A DNA stretch of 58,916 bases, counting the filler, from Basidiobolus ranarum (lineage: Eukaryota), in the NCBI GenBank assembly GCA_040143965.1. It is 6 parts of 6 records of this genome, joined end to end, with 100 filler letters (N's around TTAATTAATTAA, not from the genome) between each part and the next. Parts side by side here need not be neighbours in the genome. Positions count along the whole stretch, not along the records: positions 9,866 to 19,612 come from JASJQH010007662.1; positions 19,713 to 29,453 come from JASJQH010007663.1; 4 more parts are not named here. One strand, given 5' to 3'. Position 1 is the first letter of the stretch; each line of letters starts with the position of its first letter. This document shows, piece by piece, positions 11,710 through 24,470 of the stretch. Both the position numbers and the translations under genes were made by a program. Under the pieces are notes generated by a model, which saw only the letters and a program-made list of their open reading frames with translations, ran no database searches and had not been told where the DNA came from.

Positions 11710-12329
11710 TTATTGTCAATAAATTAAAATCAGGATTGTTAATTGATTGCTATTGTATGTGGCATTCTCTTCCACCAATGAATATGGATATGTTTGATTT
11801 CCCATCAAAGTGGCCAGTATAGTTCTCTTCGGAGACGGTTTAGCCTGGCATTACGGTGAAATACCTTGAATGATATTTCCAGCCAATTTAAAGGCGTGCA
11901 TCGAAAATGACGATCTTTTCCCGTCGATCAATCACATATTCTGGCGTTTCCACATGTATCATTGGCAATACACATAAGCCCATTCTCAGCCAACGCACCT
12001 TGTTGGCTCAACATTGTTGGTATAATTGAGTTAAAATGGCTATTTATATGGAGATTGCATTCATTTGCCCATGGCTCATGTATTGTATGATTCATACTGA
12101 TATTCACTATGAAATCACCTTCCTCGTTCTGTCGGGAAATTAAACTTCGGAATGCAATCCTCAGACTGACTATGAACGTGATTTTGCTATCGGTACAACT
12201 TATTGTAAATCCTCCTATTATTGTAGATTTCTGGAACTCGATTCCAAAATGGTTGGAATAATTATAATCTCTATGATGCCATATAGCGGTAATTAATAAG
12301 AACGTGCATCATCTGCTCGGATTACACGG

Positions 12330-12790
12330 TCAGTTAATGGTAGCAATGTGAAATATCACCCAGATGTGCTCCAACGTGGGCCAATAAAATCCCTCAGAGT
12401 GCTTTGTTTGGAGAGTTGTCCAAATGGCATATTTTCCCCTCATATCGTCATGTTTTGTCATGTCGTGCTGGTCATTGGTTGAGATGCTACATTTCGGCCA
12501 TGCAAGGCACCTAGAAATAACTGCATTGATGATGCTATGACGGCATTGTTGATAGTCGTTAGATGCCACGATGATGTAAATTGAGATTTGTTGTAGCATT
12601 TTGGTGGGCTGCCTCCTGCTCAATCATAGGGCAGACAAGGGGATGGGTAAATCCTAATCTTTGACCAGGCCGCATACACAAGTAACCGAATTTCGCAAAC
12701 ATCAGGTAAAAATAGGTTCTCAATCAAGCAAGAGTGGATGGCTTGTGATTGCCTTCGTGTTGAGGCGAATGAAGTCATCCTGCATGGCAA
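12330..12790 (-). mobile_element. Decayed Ty3/gypsy pol remnant (RT connection/RNase H to integrase zinc finger)
   Basis: Across frames: KAITSHPLL, GQRLGFTHPLVC, then HDDMRGKYAIWTTLQTKHSEGFYWPTL, resembling the gypsy integrase H..GH...T...GFYWPTL segment. Order RNase H then integrase fits gypsy. Confidence 0.45.
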
Positions 12791-13152
12791 TTGGTACAGA
12801 TCCTAGGAATATTTCGTCCATAGGAAACCCACAGGAAGTAATGGGTTTTACTTAATTTGTAGCCTCAACGTTCAAATTTGTTCGGTTTTGGGACCAGTCT
12901 TGGGGACCACGCTCTGCCTAGGTTTCCTTCATTTAATTGAGTGAAATTTAGGATTGAGGTGGTGTAACTGAAGCGACTAGATGCCATTCTATTGGTTTAC
13001 GCAATCTGCGGATAGTACTCGAGTACCATTATCAAAGTCCAGGGGCCGGATTGGGAGTTTGTTCTTTGGAAAAACTATAAATGACCTGAGCATCCAAGTC
13101 ATCACTTGATATTCGTATCATCCATTTCCATAAGCCTCCACTTCCACCGAAA

Positions 13153-13368
13153 ATGAATAACCCTTATAGTTCACAAAGACTCTGTGCCGCATGCTTAAAC
13201 CAAGAGAGCTGTTCACATCGGTCCCCACAGGTCCAACCCAACCCGTGCAATGCCACTCCTCACTTCTCTCAAAGTGAGAGAGATGCCATGGTAGAGCTAT
13301 TTTTCGCTGGACATAGCCATGTCGCCAATACAAACTCCTCCTCACAACAACAAAAACTACCCCTTTAA
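13153..13368 (+). CDS. Small hypothetical protein (71 aa, CxxC near N-terminus)
   Basis: ATG-initiated ORF with AAAATG context and TATAAA at 13076-13081. No family recognised. Confidence 0.35.
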   Translation: MNNPYSSQRLCAACLNQESCSHRSPQVQPNPCNATPHFSQSERDAMVELFFAGHSHVANTNSSSQQQKLPL

Positions 13369-14799
13369 TAGTGGAATGCTGGTACATCCCAACCAAGTTT
13401 TATTTACATGCTACGCCCTCAGATCTTTTGGCAGCCTAGCCATGGTGTTATAAATATCTATACATTTAATGTCTTTTTAACTCTACTCCTCGATGTATAT
13501 TTCTATCTACATTGCCCCATAAATCGGTTCAATCTATCTTTTAATACCTGTATTTTTTTACCTTTCAAATCCCTAGCTGTGTCTTACATAAAATTTCCTT
13601 TCCATTGACTCTAATGAGTGGACCACCTATTTTAAGGAATGACTAGAAACAGTGCAGCATTTGTGTAACATCCATATGTAGCCACCAAATCGAGGGAATG
13701 AAAGGCGAGATTCTAATTAAATAACTTGAGGCCAAATTTGTAGAGTCCATGAAAAAGTGGCGGGTTTCCGACACTATCATTTTCAGTGAGTACAAGCCGA
13801 ATCTTCCTGCCGAATCTTAAGTTGCAAGAGTCAGAACGGATTGATGGTTGCACTCATTTGCCATTGTGTGGTTCATTTCAACAGAACTTGGGCGGATATC
13901 CCCCATATTAATGTTTAACGAACAACGTTGATTCTTTGATAGAGTTACTGATCAACAAGGTAGGATTTGCTCACATGATTCATGGAAGGCCAACAACGAT
14001 CGTATATAGGTGCGAGATCAGTACTCACATTTGATCTTCAGAACGATCTAGAATCCCGCCGTCTTCTTCTCTCATGGAGCCACGATGAATATTCCATTCA
14101 CTTCAATCTCAATTTGTGCCTTTTGTACTCCATGGCTTTAATCCAATTTTGTTGCTCCACCTACAACAAGGCGTTGCCAAGAGGTTGCTATGTTGAGCCA
14201 CTTGCTCCCTTGGTGCTTGAACCGGATCAAACCGGATCGAACCTCTATTCAGGTTTGGTCAACATTCGTATTTCGCTCAGAATACTAGCACTTGACTGTG
14301 TGAATACACGGATCATATATGTTCCAGTGGATGGATTCAGTGGTTACACCTGAAACACCTTATGCCTTTTCAACTGTTGCTCTGCCCGTGTTCGAAGATT
14401 ACATGGAAATTTCATCACTTTTACGACACTTATCATCCTCAGAAGCTTAGGGCGTACTAGATTAAATCAGCCGCGATATATGGGTTCAACGGACTCCAAT
14501 GAAGAATATTCGCCAGGATTCTTGGTCTCTCTTTCAAATCATCGCAAGTGAGTTGGTAATATGTTGGTACATAATACAAGAGAACCATGTTAGCCGTCGT
14601 TTATTTTGATACATTAGATAGGCTAGTTTGCAGACACACCATTAAGGTGATTGATAAAATGTGAAGTCACATGATTCTATCCTCGATAATTTCAATCGCA
14701 GAATTTTAGGTACGCAATAATTTGGCAGTACTTCATTTCAAGAAGATACAGCCAAGAAGTCTTACAAAATACAAGTCCTTGAAGTGGAACAACAGGGAA

Positions 14800-15612
14800 A
14801 TGTCAAGTATACGTCAAGCCTTATTCAAGATTATACAATGGGGACCGGTTAGTATCTTCTTCCTCGATCATGTCTGTAGTGTCGCTACAGTTTCGGGACG
14901 TTCAATGCAGGTACTTTAATTATATTCCATGGTTACGTCTCTATTTTCTTCCTACCAAATTCGAATATCAAAGGATAATCACTATCAGATAATACGTTGT
15001 ATATACAGAAAAAAGAAATTTTCAAATCTAGATGATTAACAACATTTAATAAACCTTAACTTTAGCCTACCTTTAATCCGGACTCCAATCTATTAACAAA
15101 AGATAAGGTAGTATTGAACAAATGGAGTGCTTCTAGACGTAATTACAAAACTGGTGATGTGGTGGCTTTAAAGTAGTTTGAATTTGGTTTCCTTGCTATC
15201 TCTTTATTTTGTGACTTATCACTCTTTGTTTTAGATCACCCATTGATCCTAATCGTACAGTTATCAAAAGAATTGTTGCTGTTGAAGGTGATTTGGTACG
15301 CACATTTCCCCCGAGCGAGGATAGCACTCTAGTACGCATCCCTAGAGGATACTGCTGGGTCGAGGGAGATGAACCGATGCATAGTCGAGATAGTAATGTA
15401 TACGGACCAGTAAGTCAAATATCCATGTTTATTCATTTGAGGGAGACCTGAGACCTCATTATGAGAATTGACCATTATAGGTGCCGTTGGGTCTAATAAC
15501 AGCTAAAGTCTCCACCATCATATGGCCGCCATCAAGGATCGGAAGCGTCCCTCGTAGGGAGGCATCATCTGGTCGTGTGTATCAACATGTATTTGAGGAT
15601 CGAGGAATTTAA
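14800..15612 (+). CDS. IMP2: Mitochondrial inner membrane peptidase subunit 2 (peptidase S26); 4 exons
   Basis: MSSIRQ...VSGRSMQ|PTFNPD...GDVVAL|SPIDPNRTVIKRIVAVEGD...IPRGYCWVEGDEPMHSRDSNVYGP|VPLGLITAK..IIWPPSR. Ser/Lys dyad motifs present; GT-AG introns. Confidence 0.92.
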
Positions 15613-15826
15613 ATAGAATCCCTCGCCCTTCTCATCATTATACTTCTTTCATGCCATCTTAGCAACATCAACTTCTTCAGATCACACCCGACCCATCCAA
15701 CCCATTTCATTCAACTACTCTGTCATACGAAAAGAATTTCTTCATCATAGTATTAAAGTATAACTGAAGTAGCGGACCAAAGAAAGTAATGTTCAATGAT
15801 TTGTGAAAGTTTGAGAAGCAGGTGAT

Positions 15827-17017
15827 TTATTGGATTGATTCAATGGTAGGGTCAGTGGGTTCCAACCACTCTTCAAATGGATTCTTGGTATTTAGAACAA
15901 TGGAATGGTCGTTCGGGAATGGTAAACGTAATTTATATGCGTGTAGCATAAGCCTACCCGGAAATGGATCAATGATGGGCTCTTCATATAGCAAATCTCC
16001 AACTGAATGCATAATCTATTAGTAAGAAAGGGGCTCTGAATCAAAGAAAAGAGATGGCAAAGACATACCAATCGAATGATCGATGCTCCTAAGATGGACT
16101 CGAAGTTGATGTGTGCGTCCAGTAAATGGCTTCAGTTTGACCAAAGTAACTGGCACTCTGGTGGCATGCTTGAGATAGCCCTTCATCAATGGCTTAACTC
16201 GTGTTTGGGACTCCTGGAGAATAGGTCAAATCATTGAACTAAGAGAATTGAAGGGAAAACTCAAGGAATACCTTTAGAATATCTGCCTCTGACGGATCAA
16301 CGGTCATTGCAATTCTACGTTCTCTATTTTTACCTATTGCTAGGTCAATGTAAAACCAGCCAGATTTAGCATCACGGCTAACAAAGGGATGTGATAATAC
16401 GCTGTTGTCATCCCAATGTCCTTGAACCAGAGCTAGATAGGTTTTTTTCGTTAATCTACGGTCAAATAGTTTGGATACATCTCGAGCTGCTGGTTTATTC
16501 AAAGCAAAACAAAGAATGCCAGAGGTGGCATAGTCTAGTTGATGTACCAAATAGGGATGCTTGTTCGGAAATAGCTCTGGAAAGTTGGTTTGAAGTAAAT
16601 CAGAAACATTCACTTCTCTTTCTATATGGACAGGGGGTTCCTCACTCACGGGTATAACTTCACCTGCTCTAGGTTTATGTGGATTGGGCCAGTCGATACG
16701 AAGATTGGCACTATTTACAGTGAAAGAGGTGGCGTTATTAACTAGGAAATGGTCTTAATATATACTTAAGCGATCCTTTCTGCCAAAATGATAAAAAGAA
16801 CACTTCTATGACAGCATTGTTGTCTACTCTGTAAAAGTTGTACTTACGGTTTATCTACAATTAAGAATCTCTCGTTCAAAAAAATGACGGGTAGCTTTTC
16901 TTGCACCAAGACACTCCCTTTATCTTTCATAAGTAAACGAGATAAGTCATTCACGAATTCTATGTTAACAACTGGTGCATTAGGCTCATTGCGAAGCTCC
17001 TTCTCGTTGACGGTCAT
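15827..17017 (-). CDS. RluA-family pseudouridine synthase (RPUSD1-like); 4 exons
   Basis: FLIVDKP|ANLRID...VHQLDYATSGILCFA...KKTYLALVQG...|...PFTGRTHQLRVHL..IDHSI|VGDLLY...RLMLHAYKL. Confidence 0.9.
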
Positions 17018-18629
17018 AACTTATCACAGCTACAAAATAGGGCAAAGCTAGAAGAATCTTAGGATATTTAAAACATTCAAGAATACTTAGTATATTTGAT
17101 AGTAAATCGAGTGCATCTAAATTATCTCCAAGGAAATTTGAAAAAGAAAAAAAAACTGAAATTCATATAGACTTGAGTGGATTAGTTGGGTTGAAACCAA
17201 TTTACTGATTTCGATTCATTCAAAAAAAGCATTCCAATATAGAATGATGTTCATGAAAGTCACTCTTTTTGGGGATATGCCCATTTTTCGCTTAATCGGT
17301 CAAATGAACTTCAAGTTCTCACTTAATCAAAGTTATTCTTTATGCTCATATATTTCCAGTAAACTGGCCAATGACTTTGCTAGAAGCCAAGTGGAGGTGC
17401 GAAAGATATTTCTGCAGAGTGATTCATGTGTGCTTAGTTATGCTTCTGCATATCCATATTCATATTGTAAAAGCAGTTGTGGTACTGCGAGTAAAACTAC
17501 GGACTCAGTCTTTCGACTTCTACACCCACTCCACTCCACCATCAATATGCCCCCACTGCTTGGTTATACTCAGGAAAGATCCTGTTCATTTCCAGGGGGT
17601 CACGGGCTAAACTCTATTTAGAATGCTACAAGACAAACCTTTACCGCATGTACCACCAACCCCCATTTGAACTGGGATATTATTGACCCAGGCCATCGCA
17701 CAGATTGAATCCAAGGTGGTCACGGATACATCCTTGATCGCAGTGATTGCACCTGAGATCATCTGTATCACTCACAATATAATGCGCACACTTAATTTGG
17801 TATTATTGTCAAATCTTTTCATGGAAATATACTTTACAGGTTTCCATAACCAACCGAGATCCTTGAAATACAATTCGAAAAGCAATGAATTCCCACTGAT
17901 ATCGAACCAAATTTGATGAGGTGGGTCATATAACCTCCAAAGTTCTCTGTTACGTTACAATTGGTCAAAAGGCGTAGCTTTGAAACTCAGTGGAATGGGC
18001 ATGGAACTTTCTCTAGTGGTGCCAATCACTTTCATCTACCAACAAGTAGAAAAACACTCTCCTATCTTCTAGCTTTATAGTTGACCCCTTGAAAGCTTTC
18101 AAGGTGTCTTCGTATTGTAAGCTCTATCTTTACTCCACAATGAGGACATCCTTGGTACTAATATTCAGTATATTTCTACCTTTAGCGAGAATCAAAACTG
18201 CGCTGAAAGTGATTCTGGGGCTTTTGAAAAAACAGTGACATCAAGTGAAGTCCAATGAAACGATCAGTAAGCCTGATTGGAAAGGATACAACCATACCTT
18301 TCATAAGGCTATAACAATGGCATACAGGTATGTTTAGTAAGTGTATCGCATATATTTCTTCACTATAATTTCCTTTTCCATAGTAATCCAAGGGGTGTTA
18401 AAGAACTCTAGATGGCTATCCAATGCATATATTGATCACGATATCAGTATTTGCAGAAGTCAAGCAGTATTGCACCGCTCACTATTCTCATATAAGCCAA
18501 TTGAAACATTCTTGCTGTATAGGATCACCAAGGAATATCAGATTCTGTTGAATAGAATATGAAATATCGGTTTCTTACTAAATACTTCTGTCTATAGTGG
18601 CGCTTGTCATTTATTACTTTAGTTGTTAC

Positions 18630-18961
18630 TGTTGACGTATTTTTGGGAGTTTGTTAGAAGTGGTTTGGAGAGCTAGGAGAATTGATGGTTTTCACTTATT
18701 GATTTATTGAGTATTCAGTTGACATTTATAGTTTTGTCAAGATGTAAACAAACTAATGTGTAGAATGTGTTAAGGAAGGTCCCAGCAACATGTGTGCAAA
18801 GTTTGGGGCTTCTTTGAAAAATCTTTATATCTGAGAGCTTCTAAGTTGGTAAAAATATTGAAGTAAATTCCAATTGAGGTGATATCTTCGTTCAATATAG
18901 GATAACTAAATACTAAGCTATATATGACTATATAAATGTTTAGGCCAGGCTAAATTCAACA
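18630..18961 (-). mobile_element. Solo LTR (subfamily A)
   Basis: On the + strand it reads TGTTGACG...AATTCAACA. Flanks GTTAC/GCTAC give a 4/5 TSD. Reverse complement aligns with 2594-2922 and 19193-19369. Confidence 0.85.
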
Positions 18962-19023
18962 GCTACATATACAGCTGTGGATAACTTGTTCATAGTATTT
19001 ACAATACTGATCACTATCCAAGG

Positions 19024-19612
19024 TGTTGAAAAAGACTTAGCTTTAGCATCCATATAGTCTATAACTAGCTACCTAAATTTCACCAGGCTATTATGAGATA
19101 CCTTCACAAAGAATTTATGCTCAATATAGAGATCAACTTGGAAGTTCTAAAACTTGTCCAAAGAACTCTAAACTTTGTGCACATGTTCCTGGTGTTGAAA
19201 TTAGCATTGCCTAAATACCTATATAGTCATATATAGCTTAGTATTTAGTTATCCTATATTGAACGAAGATATCACCTCAATTGGAACTTACTTCAATATT
19301 TTTATCAACTTAGAAGTTCTCAGAGATATATATTTTTCAGAGAAGCCCTAAACTTTGCACACATGTTCCTGCTGAAATTAGCATTGCCTAAACACCTATA
19401 TAGTCATATATAACTTAGTAATTTGTTATCTTATAGCTCACTAAGATATTATCAATTATTCTCAATCGGAATTTACTTAGAATATTTTTACCAACTTAGA
19501 AGTTCTCAGATATAAATATTTTTCAAACTTGTGCTAGAAGCCCCAAACTTTGCACACATGTTTCTGGGACCTTCTTTAACATATTCTACACATTAGTTTG
19601 CTTACATCTTGA
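19024..19612 (+). mobile_element. Stack of three same-orientation LTRs (partial B 19024-19192, partial A 19193-19369, A from 19370 to contig end)
   Basis: Units begin TGTTGAAA, TGTTGAAA and TGCTGAAA. The first two stop at CACATGTTCC(TGG), where the next LTR starts. Confidence 0.85.
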
Positions 19613-19712
19613 NNNNNNNNNNNNNNNNNNNNNNNNNNNNNNNNNNNNNNNNNNNNTTAATTAATTAANNNNNNNNNNNNNNNNNNNNNNNNNNNNNNNN
19701 NNNNNNNNNNNN
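19613..19712. other. Assembly spacer
   Basis: N44-TTAATTAATTAA-N44. Confidence 0.98.
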
Positions 19713-19830
19713 TAATTTCAACAGACAAAACTATAAATGTCAACTGAATACTCAATAAAACAATAAGTGAAAACCATCAATTTCTCTAATTCTCCAAACC
19801 ACTTCCAACAGGCTCCCAAATACTTTAACA
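19713..19830 (+). mobile_element. LTR 3' part (19724-19830) abutting an inverted LTR 5' terminus (19713-19723)
   Basis: TAATTTCAACA is the reverse complement of TGTTGAAATTA and joins directly to GACAAAACTATAAATG...TACTTTAACA. Confidence 0.8.
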
Positions 19831-21044
19831 AGATATCCCACATTGCATGAGGAATGAGTGAACCCTTTCTTTAGCTCACATATTACTCTCAACCTCTTTT
19901 GGAGACTGCTAGAGGTTTATTTATTAACTAGGGATATATTATCATGTCAGAAGTAGACTACTTTGTTAGTTTCAAATTGAAAGCAAGCACATTCCATGAG
20001 TATATGATATATATCCAACTAGACAAATAATTTTGATATTCTCTACCCCAATAGCAATTGCAATACCATGTCATGAATGGTGGAATCTACTATTCTACAC
20101 GAACCCTAGTGAATCTAGTAAGGTACAGCATCGTACCATGGCAGGACAATAGTTTACTGAACATTCGGCCACGTATTCAGCATTTCTGACTATAATACAA
20201 AACGTAACATTAATCACGATGGAAGTGACTGGGTTAAGAACTAAAAAACCACACTAAGAATTAGCAGAAATAAGATGGCGACGACTGGATGAATTTCTTT
20301 CAGAACTTATAGGTTGCTCAGTTTTTCGTTACAAATCGACGTTCATCTTGCAGCTACCATTAATTTATTAATAAATACAATTCTAGTGCATTCAATGATG
20401 ACTCGAAACAAATACTGATTTCTAGTATATCAATATTACCACTGAATGACTCATAGTTGTGAAAAACCTGATTCGACGGTCCAATTAAATGCAACATCAC
20501 TTTGATTCTTTCAACGGAGACAGTTCGTGTTTCCCTACCATAATGGATGTCAACATTTTTTCACCCGTGCGCATCTACTTGTTTACTGGCTATTGTTAGA
20601 GTTCCACTGCACCTGATAAGATTCCCTTGACCTCCCTTCTCCCCCAATTAACGATCGAGAAGTGCGGAGAACACGTTTCCTTACAAACTGTGATATTATG
20701 GTGTAGCAATGCTTTGGTTTAATGCAGCAAAAGCTGACGAACGAAAATAGAGTCCACGTAACATTTAGGAGAATTAGTCAAAAGGATATTTATAGGAGAA
20801 TATGCGGATCTGGAAATGAAGGTCCCAAGATGGAACGAAAGTAAATGCTATTTCAAAAAGGGGAATCAATAAAGATGCTAATGTATTATCCCTAAATAGT
20901 AGCACAAAATTGCTGGTGTGTAATGAAATGGACTAAATATGCATGTGAGACAAGGTGATTCGATGTTTCTAGCCCATATGGTTGTTATGGGCCTGAACCA
21001 CCACGAGATGGAGAAATGGGTGTGCATGATTAATTGAAATCGTC

Positions 21045-22892
21045 TTAAGTGCTGACAAGGCCAAGATTTCGTTTACAGGCTTCGTAAACAACGTAGGAAA
21101 TGCTGACCGCAGGAACAACCTTCAAGTGTATCAGTTAGTTATTTGTGAATCCGATATCTCGTATTCATGGTAAAAGACTTACTTTGGTGAGAGTCGGAAC
21201 TAAGCCTTTATAGAATCCCCGAATGGTCTCGTGTCGGTACGTCGTCCGGATCACATCAAATGCACCGGTATAGGTGCGCGGATGGCCAGGAGTACCTTGA
21301 GCTTGCAATCTGTAAAGAAAACGGTGAATGTCTGAAATCAGCATACTACGACTTGCGAGTATTACCTTGTTCTAATCAAAGACAGTGGATATACCATGGT
21401 AGCTCCAACTGTGCCCGATATCATACCGCATCCTAACAAGACCATAACATTGGGCTCTTGGCAGGGGTTACCGGTGCTCTGTGTATAGCGAACATAAGAG
21501 TGCTTTAGCGACTCAAAGACGGAAAGATCAATCGCTGCAAATGGAAATACTCCAACGAGGGCTGGAAGCAATCCTCTAAAGAATGCTCGCATGCCTTCTT
21601 GTTTCCACATGGCCTTTGCCGTAGGAATCAGGATACTTTTGTTACCTAAACTATCGACGGAGGAGCTCATAACTCGGGTTTTTAAAATCTCCAACGGGTA
21701 AATAGAAGTTTGGGAAGCTAAACCTGCAAAACCTCCAGCGAGAAATCTCCCAGCAATACCTAGGTCTTCTCCATCTTCAAATCCAAACGTTGATCGAACC
21801 ATCAGCTTACAATTCTCATAGGCATAGAATTTAACAGCAGACTCCGGGGCTATTTTGATGATGTTTAACCCGTTACCACGGAAAAAATTAGGTAATCCTC
21901 CAGTATTATATAAATGGCGAATTGCCATTCTGAGGGACACTCCTTGTTGCTTTCCAGTATGTGTCTGTGTTTGTAAGTAAACTTTTAAGCGATCTAAGGG
22001 GGCAGTGACAGTACGACTAATGGCTCCAGCCACAGCGCCAGCCAACAGGAAAAAAATCATGGATCGTTGAGAGTTTTTGGTTCCTTCAGAGATAACTAGC
22101 TCACCGTCGCTCGTCATTTGGGCTGAGTCAACATAGTGGTCATAGATGTGGGAAATGGTATGCACATGAGGAACAAACTATTTGATAAACAGACAGGTTG
22201 AATTTAGATAAAATCAATGCTCTAGGACTTTAAAATGCCATCAAAACGTCAAAGCAAAGCATTTACCAATAAAAAATCCCTCCACTCTTCAAAATCAATG
22301 AAGCCATCGGCCTTGATATCTATGTAGGATACAAAGTCTTCGAGTTCGTCTTGGCATAACTCAATACCTTGATTAAAATTTTGGTTGAGATCATAATGTT
22401 CGGTATAGTGTGGCAATAAAAGAATAGTATGAACAGACCCTCAATGGTCATATATACACTAGTGGAGAATAAAATATAGTACTTACCAGCAGATACAAGG
22501 TGCGTATGAAGCTCTTCCGGAAGTACCGAATGGCCGTTTGTATCGGAGAGATTTTTGAAAAGTCTCCAAAGTTGAGCTTCACGAACATCTAAAAAATGTT
22601 TAAAATCCTCATAATCCACCATTCCGTCATTATTTCGATCCAAAACTCGGAATATTTCAGAAGCAAAGTTTTCATGAAGAAGAGGAGTATACTCTGTTAC
22701 ACCTTGCTCTATATCCTCTATGCGTAGTGACCCCCTATTTTGCTTATCAAAATGATTGAATGTGTCTTGTATACGTGCCTCGCGCTGTTGTGGAGTTTCA
22801 TGGTAAAGAAAAGGCTCAGAAGGGGATTGCTCCCTGGGAGTTACAGGCTCAGCTGGGCTGGAAGAGCTATGCGAAACAAGTGTAGCTGCCAT
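21045..22892 (-). CDS. SAL1: Calcium-binding mitochondrial ATP-Mg/Pi carrier (SCaMC); multi-exon
   Basis: EF-hands (FDKQNRGSL, LDRNNDGMVDYEDF, DIKADGFIDFEEWRDFLL), then carrier motifs SRTVTAPLDRLK, FFRGNGLNIIKIAPESAVKF, YPLEILKTR, YPLSLIRTR|LQAQGT and KVVPAVSISYVVYE. Confidence 0.92.
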
Positions 22893-24470
22893 GCGTATGA
22901 AATAAATTGTGTTCTTAATAAACCAAGACGCTCAAAGTAAATATCTTAATCAAACAGTGCTATGTAAAACTTGCAGAAAAATGCAGATACTAGATCTAAT
23001 CGTGAGCAACCGAAATAGACGAAAAATGTCCCAAAAGTAAGATCAATATGTGAGTGCAAAAAAAGCCAAAAAGCTTTGGTCTTTAGAGAACAGAAACGCC
23101 ATTTTAGCTACGATTTCGGAAAGCATCTTTTTATTCATATTCATCTAATGGGACCAATACCTACTGCCAGATTTGGTCATAGGATGTCGGGTTAGATTAG
23201 AATCATGGATGTTCTCCGCCTTTCTTTCCCCCTCAACTCCCCATATTACCCCCACACTGATCATTTTCTTAATTTCCAAGTTATGATTAAATCATCTTAC
23301 TCGCGTTTGGCCACATTATTAGCTTGTTGATTTAGTTCATATTTAATAAATAAGGTACATGTCGAGCAGATCCGAGAAGTTTACCGAGCCCGCAAGAATA
23401 AACCCGTACATGGCTTATATGTGTATTAAGCCTCCATCCTCAGAGGTTCATTGCGGTGCTTAGTGATGTTCTTCCACTATTTCGTTATCAACAGAGTCTC
23501 CATTGCGCTGGCCTATCGTTACTTGAGAGCCTTGAGATTATCTTAGTGTTCAAGTAATACACATCTTTGGTACTCGTCAGGCAAACCCGCCTTCAGCAGT
23601 GTCACATGCCTTTCAAACTCAATGCATAAATGAGGGATTAGGTGATAATGAATATTTATGCTTACAGATCTTTGTTCTAAGATACTGACATGTGCACAGC
23701 CGGCATTCCCGGGTTGGATTGAAGGTTGTATTCTCCATTGATGTCAGTATCCGCTACGGCTTGAAGTATAAAACCGTCCCTATCTCTCTCATGAGCTCGT
23801 TGTTGGGCCAATGTAGCTCTATCCCGATGCTTGAGATGAAAATCGCGACAGAGAGATGCAGTATACAATTAGTGAAGTAACTAGTACGAAAAAATAAGCA
23901 TGAAGTAATGATGGATTGTTTCCAACGACTAAATTGAATTGGGAATTTATCCTATCTAGTTATTTGTGAAACGGCTTTTTTCCCACTCTGCCTTTTTCGC
24001 AACAGTCCACTTCATTCTAGAGTTACCCGGCCTCTTGAGCATTTGCAGCTGTAGACATATCTCCTGGACTAGCATTTAAGTGTGAATTGGGTCTGTTGTA
24101 AAACAAGGTAATACCTCATTCCTGTAGCCCCTTTTGTTCACGCCACTTTTGTCTTGGTTGGCGTCCATGGGTCCTTGGAAAGCAAACATGTCATTAATAC
24201 AACTCAACATCTCTAATTCATAGGAGTGTCATTCCCTCTATACAAGCCCAGGATCTCTCAGGTCTTTTTTACTAGTAAGGATTCCTGACCGTTTAAATAA
24301 GTGAATGCTCGTTGAACCTCTTCACCACTCGCTAAATCATAGTTCAATCTGAGAAAAGGTCAAGCGTCATCCCTTCCGCACACTTACTAGTGGATTTAAA
24401 ATCTTCATACATTTGCATTTAAAAGATTACCTCCTATCGACTTGGCTTTTCAACTACTTTCGGAAAATTA

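Noticed and set aside
13982..14520. 123-aa + ORF and minus-strand PH-like phrase EQQNWIKAM
   Set aside because: No coherent gene model or recognisable domain on either strand.
17244..18560. Several short ORFs, plus a CPHCG motif on the minus strand
   Set aside because: No recognisable family; probably decayed sequence or chance ORFs.
18630..19830. Large inverted repeat resembling a foldback element
   Set aside because: Explained by separate LTRs in opposite orientation. The left copy has its own TSD and the right end lies across a gap.
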